DNA from: Octopus sinensis
Taxonomy: Eukaryota
Assembly: GCF_006345805.1 (NCBI RefSeq)
Contig: NC_042999.1
Coordinates: 156,798,001 to 156,862,000 of the forward strand
Length of the DNA: 64,000 nt
Direction: 5' to 3'
Position 1 is the stretch's first letter, and each line of letters opens with the position of its first letter. Positions 23,846-35,920 of the stretch are shown here, piece by piece. Both the position numbers and the translations under genes were made by a program. Under the pieces are notes generated by a model, which saw nothing but the letters and a program-made list of their open reading frames with translations, was not told the origin of the DNA and did no database searches.

Positions 23846-24475
23846 ATACTCATGAATTGAGTTCTCTTGTTTCATTTTGTTGTATGCAAGAGTATGTTTA
23901 CAACCAATGCTGATCTATCACTACAAATGGTGTGACATCAGTGTTTGTTGCAGGGCTGCAAACAGTAACATTTACTGTCAACAAATTGTCTGCAAGTTTT
24001 GTGCTTTTGAATTCCTTCAGAATAAAAAAATCTTTACTGGAAAAACAGGTTGGCACAATGGGAGTATCCAGCCATAAACATCCTGTTTCAATTATTTCCC
24101 ATTTAAGCCATGCTAACTTGGAAAAAGATGTTAAATAAAATGAATGAATGAACCATATATTCATGTAGACAGGTAAGGATTGGTAAACAGGAAGGGCATC
24201 TGGCTGTAGAAAATTTGCTATCAGTTGTATGCATGTAGATGTTTATTTTTAATGAGAAAACCAAACAAGATATAATTACTAATCAAGTATATTAGTTGTA
24301 AGTAAGTATGTATTAAAACAAAGACTAGAATTTATGGTACCATTTTTAATTTTGTAGTTACAATTGTTTCTTTACAATGTCGGAAATACATTTTATGAAC
24401 ATACACAGTACTATTAATAAGATGAATATAATTTATAATATAAAAAATATATACACAAAATCAAAATCATTTTGA

Positions 24476-24981
24476 TGGCTGGCATCCATGCTAGTGGGGT
24501 GCAAAGAGCACCATACGAGTGTGATCGTTGACAGAGAGGCTATTCGAGTATGATCGTTACCAGCGTCGCCTTACTGGCACTTATGACTGTGCTAGTAGGG
24601 AGCCAAGAACACCATCTGAGCGTGATCGTTGTGATTGCTGCCAGAGCAGCCAACTGGCTTCCATACCCATGGCACGTAAAAGGGCACCATTCGAGCGTGA
24701 TCGTTACCAACGTTGCTTCACTGGCACCTGTGTCGGTGACACATGTAAAAGATTCGAGTGAGGTCATTGCCAGTACCACCTGACTGGCCCCCGTGCCGGT
24801 GGCACATAAAAAGCACCCACTACACTCTCGGAGTGGTTGGCGTTAGGAAGGGCATCCAGCTGTAGAAACTCTGCCAGATCAAGACTGGAGCCTGGTGCAG
24901 CCATCTGGTTGCCAGCCCTCAGTCAAAACCGTCCAACCCATGCTAGCATGGAAAACAGACGTTGAACGATGATGATGATGA
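24476..24981 (+). mobile_element. RTE LINE 3' UTR, distinct subfamily with AGCACCATTCGAGCGTGATCGTT internal repeats
   Basis: Ends in ATGCTAGCATGG..(GAT)n. Confidence 0.85.
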
Positions 24982-25223
24982 TACACAGAGGACCAAATAT
25001 AAACTGATTAGTACAAAGGAACAGACAACAGGGAAGCTGGATGGCATATATCATCTCTATCATTAAACCTAACAACTCCAAACTGAATTAGACACTAGCA
25101 ATGAGAATTCCTTATTTACAGGGATTTGGAGTAAGCCACAAATGCTAGTTGTGAAAGCGACAATGTATTAAATTATTTTGTGTAGAGTAGTTGAAGGAAT
25201 GGGATATATAGGTATTTAGTTAC

Positions 25224-25369
25224 CTACTATTTGTATAACTTGACACAATTTTGTTATCAATTTCTCTGGCAGCGTAACTGAACTACCTCCGATTCCAATT
25301 GGCCAATAACATATTCGTGCCCACTTCCAAATTTGCATAATCTTAAAGAATGCTACATATCTTGCATAC
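25224..25369 (-). CDS. Candidate internal exon, 146 nt (YARYVAFFKIMQIWKWARICYWPIGIGGSSVTLPEKLITKLCQVIQIV)
   Basis: Strong acceptor TTTTTTGTAATTTAATATCGTACTGCAG, donor TAG|GTAACT; only the phase-2 frame is open, matching exon 37627-37685; protein not recognised. Confidence 0.45.
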
Positions 25370-25476
25370 CTGCAGTACGATATTAAATTACAAAAAATTC
25401 TCTAAGTGAAACATTGTTGTGATACCATATAATCCTTGCATCTGCATTTATTATGATATAAATATATATATTGGAA

Positions 25477-25665
25477 TATTGGATCAATATAGTTATGGAC
25501 AGTCTACTCAGGATTTCATGCCCATAAAGCACTTAGCATTACAATGTTTCTTCAGACCCTAATGGTGGCCATTAGGGTTTGAAGAAATGCTGTAGAGCTA
25601 AGTGATTTATGGGCATGAAACCCTGGGTAACCGCACAGACTGGCCATAACTATATTTATCCAATA
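25477..25665. repeat. ~190-bp foldback whose arms are hammerhead-like monomers
   Basis: Arms pair around ~25566; right arm GGT-TTGAAGA-AATGC..GCAT-GAAACCCTGGGTA|ACC. Confidence 0.75.
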
Positions 25666-25723
25666 ACTCTACTGCTTTATAACTTAGAGTGTGCTTCTCT
25701 TTTCAATTTATGGTTTACTGACA

Positions 25724-25754
<31 letters not shown>

Positions 25755-25758
25755 ATAA

Positions 25759-26310
25759 TATTAGGGAGTATATCCAAACTTACAGGGAAAAATTAGATTT
25801 AGGATTAAATCAAATTTCACAGTATAAATATAAATTAAATTAGTGATAAAACCACTATTAGGCAACTCAAACAGTGATAAACATAAACCAAAACATAAAA
25901 CGCAAAAAATAAATATAATTAATATATATAATATATATATAAGATATAAAATTTAAAATTTAAATTATTAAAATTAAAAATTTTTTAATTTGTATTTTTA
26001 AATTTTTAAACTTTAAATTTTTTTTTATACAACTAACCAAAAAGTATAAAAAGTTAACTATAATATAATAAGTAAAAACACTACGTACGTTTCATGGCTA
26101 TAATTCAATTCGAATTACAATTAAGTTTAAATTCAATTGAAAATTCGAATTAAAATTATAGTCAATCTTCAGGTTAATGATAATAGTTAAATAAATAATC
26201 AAATAGAGTTAAACATATTGATTAAATTATCTGTAAATAATATTGTTTTTATAAAATTTAATGTATTTTTTTTAGAATTTATAGAATTTCTATAAATTTT
26301 GATATCCTTA
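25759..26310 (-). mobile_element. AT-rich non-coding element with hammerhead-like motif at 26082-26172
   Basis: CTGAAGA-T-TGACTATAATT..AATTATAGCCA-T-GAAAC GTAC GTA; homologous over ~500 bp to 56900-57395; abuts (TA)n. Confidence 0.7.
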
Positions 26311-27104
26311 CTTATTAATCTCTTATCGCTTATAACTTGTTATTTTTCTTGATCTTGAATTGATATTTTTCAGATACTTAAGTCTATGCAAGATATTTAT
26401 ACTATATCCATATAAGTGTAAAAATATTTGTGTATGTGTATATATGCATATATGCACATATCTTTGTATATATGTATCTGTATGCATTTTTACACTTTTC
26501 TGATTCATGGCTTAAAATTAATAGATAGCAGTTATTCCATATGGAAATGCTTTGAGCAGTCTTTATAGAAACCACCTAATAAGTAATTAATTAAGTACAT
26601 GGATATTAAACTGATTCTATGTAATCTTCCTTTTTAATGTTTATAATTGATATATATACACATTTTATCTATTTTGGTTATGATTTCATTTTTGAAAATC
26701 TTAAATTCTATTTTTATACAACATAACAATACTGTTTATAAACATTTCCCTCATAGTGCTCCTAAATAAAATTTCCTCTCTATTAACATCTTAGGTTTCT
26801 TAGTGTCTTGCCCCTTTAACTGGTAATTAACATCATTGTTTAAAGCCTACCCCAACCCTGCCTCTTTTTATAAACAGTTACTACTCCTGATGTCTTATTT
26901 ACTCCCTGGGGAAAAGGAATACATATGATAATATTTATGACCAAACCTAACCATGAGCTGTCAACTCACTCTTGTCCTTTATTCAAAATAGACAGTCTTC
27001 TAGTTTTAGATTTAGTAGATGATAGAGATAGATGAACTAGAAATGAATTACAACCCTATGACTCCACTATGCTCCATGCAATTTTTAGAAGTTGTAGTCT
27101 ATAC

Positions 27105-27148
27105 TTAGCTACAATAGTGACAACATGAATTTTTTCCATCTTCTTGCT
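27105..27148 (-). other. Candidate 44-nt exon (SKKMEKIHVVTIVAK, phase 0 to 2)
   Basis: Good acceptor TTTTTCTTAAATATTTTAACAG; weak donor GTATAG. Confidence 0.3.
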
Positions 27149-27347
27149 CTGTTAAAATATTTAAGAAAAATTATATCAATGTGTCCTACTTGTTAAAATT
27201 CCATTAATTTATTTGTGCAGCTGAAGATGGCACTGCATTTAAAGTGATGTAATGATTGCATTGTTCAATTAAATGGAGCTGCTTGCAATGGTAATACTGC
27301 ATTACTACTTGATATCCTGTTGTTTATGTTAATTTTATTCACCTTAC

Positions 27348-27398
27348 TTTGAGCTGTGTGGATAATACCGGACTGATTTTGTGCTTCAACTTAAGTAC
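27348..27398 (-). other. Candidate 51-nt exon (VLKLKHKISPVLSTQLK, phase 0-0)
   Basis: AATTAG acceptor and GTAAGG donor. Confidence 0.35.
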
Positions 27399-27607
27399 CT
27401 AATTCAATTGAATTTCAATTATATCTATATATATACGTATACAAGCACACATGAGGGTTTCTTTGTATGTAATTGTGTATGTATGTATGTACATACATAC
27501 GTATGTATTTTTTCATGATTATAGCAATTTACCCACTAGATTTATGTATTGGATTATTCATACAGTTTACCTAGATGTATCTATTGATGACTTAAATTTG
27601 AACCCTA

Positions 27608-27642
<35 letters not shown>

Positions 27643-27645
<3 letters not shown>

Positions 27646-29442
27646 AGGTTGTCAAGAAAGTTCTTGTGGAATTTTAAATTTTGGTTTTAAATTATGTATT
27701 TTCAAATTAATTTCCATCAAATTACTTTGACTTTTAAAGTAATCATTTTAAAGCCTGTTTTTCACTCTATCTAATTATGTTACTCTTTTTCTTTTTGAAT
27801 TATTAGGCCATTTTTTCCGGAACGTTGAATACAACATGGGCAAAAAGTAAATTTGCACAATTTTCTTTTTCCAGTTCAAGCTAGGCCGAAAAGCTGGTGA
27901 AACAGCTCACGATATTAATGATGCATTTGGCCCAGGAACTACTAATGAATGTACAGCACAATGGTGGTTCACGAAATTTCATAGAGGTGACAAAATTCTT
28001 GAAGATGATAAGTGTAGTGGTCGGCCATCAGATGTTGACAATGATCAACTAAGAGCCTTAGTAGAAGCCAATCCATGCACAGCTTTGAGCTGTGTGGATA
28101 ATACCGGACTGATTTTGTGCTTCAACTTAAGTACCTAATTCAATTGAATTTCAATTATATCTATATATATATGTATACATGCACACATGTATTAGACATA
28201 AAAAATTAATAGATAGCATGTATATTAGACATAACGTATAAAACAATTTCCAACCACTTGAAAGATATTGGAAAAACAAAAATACTTGAGAAATGGGTGC
28301 CACACAAATTGAATGACAACCAAAAGAAAAAAAGCACTGTTTTGTTGTCGTCCCTTCTTTTACGCAACAAGAACGACCCATTTCTCGACCAGATTGTGAC
28401 TTGCAATAAAAAGCGGATTCTTTACGACAACCGGTGACACTCAGCTCAGTGGTAGATGCCGACAAAGCTCCATGGCACTTCCTGAAGCCAAAGTTGCAAC
28501 AAAAGAAAATCATGGTGACTGTTTGGTGGTCTGTGGCCAGTCTCATCCATCACAGCTTTTTGGATCCAGGCAAAACCATTACGGCGGAGAAGTACTGTCA
28601 GCAAATGGATGAAATGTATAAGAAACTCTGACAACAACAGCCAGCATTGGTCAATAGAAAATTACCAATCCTTCTCCACAAAAATGCTTGGCTACATGTC
28701 GCATAACTGACCCTACAGTAGTTGATGATGGATGAAAGCACTCCGTCGGTTACGACGACGAGGGTTCCCGTTGATCCGATCAATGGAACAGCCTGCTCAT
28801 GAAATTAACGTGCAAGTGGCTGAGCACTCCACAGACACGTGTACCCTTAACGTAGTTCCCGGGGATATTCAGCGTGACACAGAGAGTGACAAGGCTGGCC
28901 CTTTGAAATACAGGTACAACAGAAACAGGAAGTAAGAGTGAGAGAAAGTTGTGTTGAAAGAGTACAGCAGGGATCACCACCATCCCTGCCGGAGCCTCGT
29001 GGAGCTTTTTAGGTGTTTTCGCTCAATAAACACTCACAACACCCGGTCTGGGAATCGAAACCGCGAGTCCGCTGCCCTAACAACTGGGCCATTGCGCCTC
29101 CATGACAGAAGTTGAGTGAATTGGACTATGAAACTCTGCCTCATCTGCCATACTTACCAGACCTCTCGCCTACTGACTATCACTTTTTCAAGCATCTTAA
29201 CAACTTCCCACATGAGAAATGCTTCAAAAACCAAGACAATGCCAAACACGCCTTCAATGACTTCATCACCACCAGAACGCAGGATTTTTATGCTACTGGC
29301 ATAAATAAACTTGTTTCATGCTGGCAAAAGTGAGTTGATTCTGATGGTGTTTATTTCAATTAATAAAGTTTTGTTTGAACCGAGACATGTGCATCTGAAT
29401 TTAAAGGTTAAAAACCGCAAGAACTTTCTTGACAACCTAATA
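27643..29442 (+). mobile_element. Mariner (DD34D, Hsmar1/cecropia-like) transposon, decayed, with two internal insertions
   Basis: TIRs TAAGGTTGTCAAGAAAGTTCTTG / CAAGAACTTTCTTGACAACCTA in TA context; SGRPSDVDNDQL, KWVPHKL, KKIMVTVWWS, YLPDLSPTDYHFF motifs. Confidence 0.93.
28726..29100 (-). mobile_element. SINE family B copy nested in mariner
   Basis: TSD ACAG(T/A)AGTTGA; splits LTLQ|KLSEL. Confidence 0.92.
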
Positions 29443-29540
29443 TATATTATACATACAAATACGTGGACATGTATATGTATGTATTTATGTGTGTGTGCAT
29501 GTGTGTGTGTGTGTGTATGTGTGTGTTCATCCTTGCATAT

Positions 29541-29955
29541 ACTCTTTTTACTCTTTTACTTGTTTCAGTCATTTGACTGCGGCCATGCTGGAGCACCGCC
29601 TTTAGTCAAGGCAAATCGACACCAGGACTTATTCTTTGTAAGCTTAGTACTTATTCTATCAGTCTCTTTTGCCGAACCGCTAAGTTACGGGGACGTAAAC
29701 ACACCAGCATCGGTTGTCAAGCGATGTTGGACAAACACAGACACACAAACACACAAACACACACACACACATATATATATATACATATATACGACGAGCT
29801 TCTTTCAGTTTCCATCTACCAAATCCACTCACAAGGCTTTGGTCGGCCCGAGGCTATAGTAGAAGACACTTGCCCAAGGTGCCATGTAGTGGGACTGAAC
29901 CCGGAACCATGTGGTTGGTAAGCAAGCTACTTACCACACAGCCACTCCTGCACCT
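29541..29955 (-). mobile_element. SINE family A copy
   Basis: Full homology. Confidence 0.92.
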
Positions 29956-30197
29956 ATGTATACCTATTTGTATGTATATAAGTATTTTCACCAGAGTTTA
30001 TGCTATAAAAAAAAATTTGAAAATTTATGATTTTTCGATCTCCCCCACTCAGTTGTTTTAGTAAATAATTTTAAAATATTGGAGAGCCTGAGAAATTCAT
30101 TGCGGGGATTTATCCCCTGATTTAAAAAAGAGGTATGTAAAAGATAAATTAGTTTGATAGCATACTTTTCTGTATATAAATATTTTTTCATACACAT

Positions 30198-30590
30198 AGG
30201 CGCAGGAGTGGCTGTGTGGTAAGTAGCTTGCTAACCAACCACATGGTTCCGAGTTCAGTCCCACTGCGTGGCATCTTGGGCAAGTGTCTTCTGCTATAGC
30301 CCCGGGCCGACCAATGCCTTGTGAGTGGATTTGGTAGACGGAAACTGAAAGAAGCCTGTCGTATATATATGTGTGTGTGTGTATGTTTGTGTGTCTGTGT
30401 TTGTACCCCTAGCATTGCTTGACAACCGATGCTGGTGTGTTTATGTCCCCGTCACTTAGCGGTTCGGCAAAAGAGACCAATGGAATAAGTACTGGGCTTA
30501 CAAAGAATAACTCCTGGAGTCAATTTGCTCGACTAAAGGCGGTGCTCCAGCATGGCCATAGTCAAACGACTGAAACAAGTAAAAAAAGAA
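30198..30590 (+). mobile_element. SINE family A copy
   Basis: Full homology; inverted relative to the 29541 copy. Confidence 0.92.
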
Positions 30591-31220
30591 AAATACACAT
30601 ACACATGACCTCACTTGGTCGGTAGTGGGGAGATTTAAATTACCAACTTTTTTCTTCTTTTTTGTTGCTTATATACCCAACAATGAACCACGTGCGTTAC
30701 TTCCACATCAGCATTCCATAGAATGTCTTCATAAGGAGAAAAATATTGAAAAACATCAAAGCATGTGAGAGTGACAAAGAAACAAGGGAAGGTGGGATGT
30801 GGGATGTGCTGGAAACAACAGCCAAATCTCCCTTAAATCACATGCCTATTTCTCTGAAGATATTTACAAATTTGGGGACAGGTTAGCGAAAAGGCTTCGC
30901 TCATGGTTTTTAAGTGCATAGTGCCCAAAAACATTGATCATAATCATTCTGGTGTTGGGTGGTGAGGCAGGAGTGAGGTGAAAAAAATGATAAATTTTCA
31001 AAAATCTTTTTTGCTAAAAATATGCCCCCATCATATCGAAGAGCATAGTGAAAAAAATTAGAAAATTTCCTGTCAAAACAGAAATTCCAACTTATGTAGG
31101 TGTCTTGATTTTGGCATTTTACCCCCTAGATTTATGTATTGGATTAATTATACAGTTTACCTAGACACTTTGTATCTATGTATTTATTGATTTAAATTTG
31201 AACCCTATTTTTGAGACTAA

Positions 31221-31614
31221 TCTTTATATATAAAAGTGAGGTTGTGTGCTGTCTGTCTCCTACGATTTAGATTCCTAACTACTCCCACATTTTGCGGTGC
31301 CAAAAGCGGGTATCTTATAGTCGTGATTCATATCGAGCCCTTCTGGGTATTAGCGTGCGTCTACGATGAGTCTACGATTTTAAAAATAATTTACCATCAT
31401 TTTTTCCATTTTTAATGCATTTTTTTCGCTATTATATAAGGGAAGTAACTCTCTAAAAATGTCTACGATGAGTCAACGATTTAAAAAAAAATTACCATAA
31501 TTTTTTTTCCATTTTTAATGCATTTTTTTTGCTATTTTTTGGCTATAACTCTCTAAAAATGCTTATATAGTTATTTCCCTTACAAACCCGAGCAACGCCG
31601 GGCGATACCGCTAG
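31221..31614 (+). mobile_element. Non-autonomous Helitron
   Basis: A|TC 5' end, 3' hairpin CCCGAGCAACGCCGGG then CTAG|T; internal ~100-bp tandem duplication. Confidence 0.85.
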
Positions 31615-31984
31615 TAATTGATATAAATCATATACTAGTTCGTTTTTTATATACCCACCTATTTTGTTCTATTAATCACATCTTTTTAAAGACTCAAAAC
31701 AAGTTCATCTTACTATCTTTCCTTCTACTACATTTTCACCATACTTTATTTACTTTATCTAGCTCAGTATATTTTTATATACCATGTTAGTTCAAATATT
31801 CTTACTCTCTCTCTCCATTTCTCTCATTCTGTTTAAACTTTCGCCTTATTTATCTTTTTGTTGATATTCCTCTATATTTCATAAACACACTATCTGTAAA
31901 CTTCTCTCTCATTCCTTTAAATTTTCCCTTTCTCTTCTTTCTTTATTATTACTACATCCAGGTTATCAATTATAACCAACCTAA

Positions 31985-32015
<31 letters not shown>

Positions 32016-32127
32016 ATCACACACCATCTTCACATAATAACCACTACATTTAATTTCCTTTCTAATATTTTACAAAATCTCCCTTCTTCCTCTCTATAAA
32101 ATTTTTTTTAAGTATTGAGTAAATCAA

Positions 32128-32511
32128 AATCGAAATGAAAATGAAAATCAAAATTGATCAACATCAATGGAAATTGTAGCTGTGATACCAGTGCCAGTGG
32201 CACGTAAGAGAACCATCCGAATGTGGCCATTGCCAGCGCTGCCCCGACTGGCCTCCGTGCCGGTGGCACGTAAAAGGCACCATCCGCTCGTGGCCGTTTG
32301 CCAGCCTCGTCTGGCACCTGTGCAGGTGGCATGTAAAAAGCACCCACTACACTCACGGAGTGGTTGGCGTTAGGAGGGGCATCCAGCCATAAAAACACTG
32401 CCAGATCAGACTGGGCCTGGTGCAGCTTTCTGGCTTCCCAGACCCCAGTTGAACCGTCAATCCCATGCTAGCATGGAAAGCAGACGCTAAACGATGATGA
32501 TGATGATGATG
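32128..32511 (+). mobile_element. RTE LINE 3' UTR
   Basis: GAAATCAAAATTGATC repeats, GTGCCGGTGGCAC modules, (GAT)n tail. Confidence 0.88.
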
Positions 32512-32777
32512 ATTCTTCCATATATAAATTTGAGAAGATGTTTTTTTATGTGTATACAGAGTTGAAGAATATCTGTAATCCTATTCTGTTGAACTGAAGA
32601 TATTGCCTTCACTTGCAAAATGTACAACAGTACCTTGCAATTTGTAGCATACAACTAATGCAGATGTGTATAATAATTTATTATGCACTGACATGAAATT
32701 CTTTTTGCATGATGTTGGCTGCGAAACGGACATCATCCTATGCATGCCAACTGACGAAATAGATATATTTATTTTAG

Positions 32778-32960
32778 GGAGAGTTTACGAAAAAAGCAAA
32801 AGACAAAGACAGGTGGTGTACAAAACAAACAGATGAATAAGTTTAACGCTCAGGAATAGAAAAAGTCTTTTACGTTTCGAGCCTACGCTCTTCTACAGAA
32901 AGGGACACAGAAAAAAAACAAGGAGAGAAAAAAATGTGTGTAGTGGCTAACGATCTATCA
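32778..32960 (-). mobile_element. Short repeat (related copy at 35220-35305) with degenerate hammerhead-like motif
   Basis: CTGTAGAA-GAGC GTAG GCTC-GAAACGT on minus strand. Confidence 0.5.
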
Positions 32961-33049
32961 TCTTCTGATTTTCTTAGATTCCATATATGTACATCATCAT
33001 CATCATTTTACATTATATATCATGAGCTCTCCCATCATTAGACGATTTA

Positions 33050-33320
33050 CAAAGGTTTGGCAATTTCTGGCTGAGCAACCACACAGATGATTTGTTTATA
33101 ATGATCACATGTTTCTGTTCACATAAGCGCCACTCCCTCCATCAAATTGGCATTATCTGTACAAGTGCACCGCGTGCCACATGTCAAATGATGAAATGAT
33201 TGCAGAGCAATGCAAAATGAAGTGCTTTACTCAAGAACATGATGCAATGCCTGGTCTGGGAATCGAACCCGCGATCTTGCAATCATAAGTGCAACACCTT
33301 AACCACTAAGCCATGTGTCT
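33050..33320 (-). mobile_element. Diverged tRNA-SINE
   Basis: GTGGTTAAGGTG..GGTTCGATTCCCAGACCAGG head on minus strand. Confidence 0.65.
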
Positions 33321-33324
33321 TCAC

Positions 33325-33518
<194 letters not shown>

Positions 33519-34050
33519 ATGTTGGGGCAAGCGAAATCGAAATCGAATTGACCAGCCAGTATCCCTGGTCTGGTGGTACGTAAAGCACTATCCGACTCGT
33601 GGCCGTGGCACGTAAAATACTCCATGCGACCGTACGACAGGCACCCTTGCCAACCCCCTTTGCTTGTGAAGACATGTTGGGGCAAAGCGAATCGAAATCG
33701 AATTGAACCAGCCAGGATCCCTGGTCTGGTGGTACGTTATAAAAAGCACTATCCGACTCGTGGCCGATGCCAGCACCGCCTCGACTGGCTTCCGTGCCGG
33801 TGGCACATAAAATACACAATCTGACCGTGGCCGTTGCCAGCCCGCCTGGCACCTGTGCAGGTGGCACGTAAAAAGCACCCACTACACTCACGGAGTGGTT
33901 GGCGTTAGGAAGGGCATCCAGCTGTAGAAACATTGCCAAATTAGACTGGAGCCTGGTGCAGCCTTCTGGCTTCCCAGAACCCGGTCGAACCGTCCAACCC
34001 ATGCTAGCATGGAGAACGGACGTTAAACGACGATGTGTGATGATGATGAT
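33519..34050 (+). mobile_element. RTE LINE 3' UTR with internal duplication
   Basis: Segment TGTTGGGGCAA..GAAATCGAATTGA..CCCTGGTCTGGTGGTACG occurs twice; (GAT)n tail. Confidence 0.88.
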
Positions 34051-34140
34051 GATATATATGTATGTATATATATATATATATATATAATATATATATATAT
34101 TATATATATAACATACATATATATATATTAAATGTATATA

Positions 34141-34178
<38 letters not shown>

Positions 34179-34179
34179 C

Positions 34180-34985
34180 AGAATGGATGAATAGTTGTGT
34201 GAAAAAGTGCCACACCCTAGCGGTTGAGGGAACCTGTGGAAGAGGCAGACCCAGGAAAAACCTGGCGACGAGGTGGTGAAGCACGACCTTCGAACTTTAG
34301 GTCTCACTGAGGAAATGACTAGAGACCGAGACCTCTGGAGTGTGCTGTGCGCGAGAAGACCCGGCAGGACAAGTGAGTCCACAACCCGTGGCCTTCTACA
34401 TGGGATGGAGCCAGCCTACGTATGCATACCTTCCCTTCTTGGGACACAAAACTCTACTGTGAAGACGTGTTGAGGCAAGTGAGGATCAGAATCGAAATCG
34501 ATCAATGGAAATTGCGGATGCTACCAGTGCCGGTGGCATGTCGAAACTCTGCTTGTGAAGACCCATTGAGGCAAGTGAGGATCAGAATCGAAATCGATCA
34601 ATGGAAATCGATCAATGGAAATTGCAGATGTGTTACCAGTGCCGGTGGCATGTAAGAGAACTTTCCGTTTCGCGACCGTTGCCAGCACCCCCCCGTTTCG
34701 TGTCCGTTGCCAGCCTCGCCTGGCCCTCGTGCCGGTGGCACATAAAAAGCACCATCCGTTCGTGGCCGTTTGCCAGCTCTGTCTGGCACCAGTGCGGGTG
34801 GCACGTAAAAAGCACCACTACACTCACGGAGTGGTGGTGTTAGGAAGGGCATCCAGCCGTAGAAAACACTGCCAGATTTGACTGGGCCTGATGAAGCCTT
34901 CTGGCTTCACAGACCCCAGTAGAACCGTCCAACCCATGCTAGCATGGAAAACGGACGCTAAATGATGATGATGATGATGATGATA
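34180..34985 (+). mobile_element. RTE LINE C-terminal coding end plus complete 3' UTR
   Basis: SCVKKCHTLAVEGTCGRGRPRK.W..VVKHDLRTLGLTEEMTRDRDLW then modular UTR and (GAT)n. Confidence 0.9.
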
Positions 34986-34989
34986 TATG

Positions 34990-35046
<57 letters not shown>

Positions 35047-35086
35047 GTGTGTATATATATATATATATATAATATATATATAATAT

Positions 35087-35148
<62 letters not shown>

Positions 35149-35817
35149 GTATATATATATATATATATATATACGTATGCATGTGCATATATGTATATGT
35201 GTATGTATGTGTACATATATAGGGAGAATTCACAAAAAAAAAAATCAAAAGATGAAGACAGGTGGTGTAGACAACAAACGGATGTATTAGTTTAACGATC
35301 AGGTCGTGAAAATGTCTATCCACATCTTCATTCATCTGCCACTTGCTTCTCACACACTTGCAAACTTACTCACCAATACCACTTCTCTAATATCCTTCTT
35401 CCTTTAACTCAAGGGTACACCCTGAGACATCTTCATCACCATCTTCTCTCTCTCTCTTTCTCTCTCAACTAGGGTAACTATGTATTTCCTCCGCAGCAAT
35501 ACACCTATTCCTGTTCCTTTATCATACTTTGATCTCTTATCACCTGGTATAAAGCCACCACCCTAGGTGCAACTCTCCACCTCAGTTAAGGGGTCCTGTT
35601 CTGCAAGTTACTTAGGGACTTCACTAGAGCTGGTGCTATTTACAAAGCATCGACTACACTCTGTAAAGTGGTTGGCATTAGGAAGGGCATTCAGTTGTAG
35701 AAACCATGCCCAAACAGAGAATGGAGCTCAGTGGAGTCCTTTGACTTGCCAGCTCCTGTCAAACCATCTAACCCAGGCCAGCATGAAAAACAGACGTTTA
35801 ATGATGATTTATATAGG

Positions 35818-35820
<3 letters not shown>

Positions 35821-35865
<45 letters not shown>

Positions 35866-35920
35866 TGTATGTATGTATGTATGTATGTATGTATGTATGT
35901 ATGTATGTATGTATGTATGT
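35821..35920. repeat. (CA)n and (ATGT)n microsatellites
   Basis: Direct reading. Confidence 0.95.

Noticed and set aside
23976-24082. Candidate exon GCLWLDTPIVPT..DNLLT, phase-compatible with 25224-25369
   Set aside because: Acceptor lacks a pyrimidine tract and there are several competing donors; too weak to list as a feature
25270-25310. IGIGGS as the glucose-6-phosphate isomerase motif
   Set aside because: Flanking residues do not match GPI (NIGIGGSDLGP)
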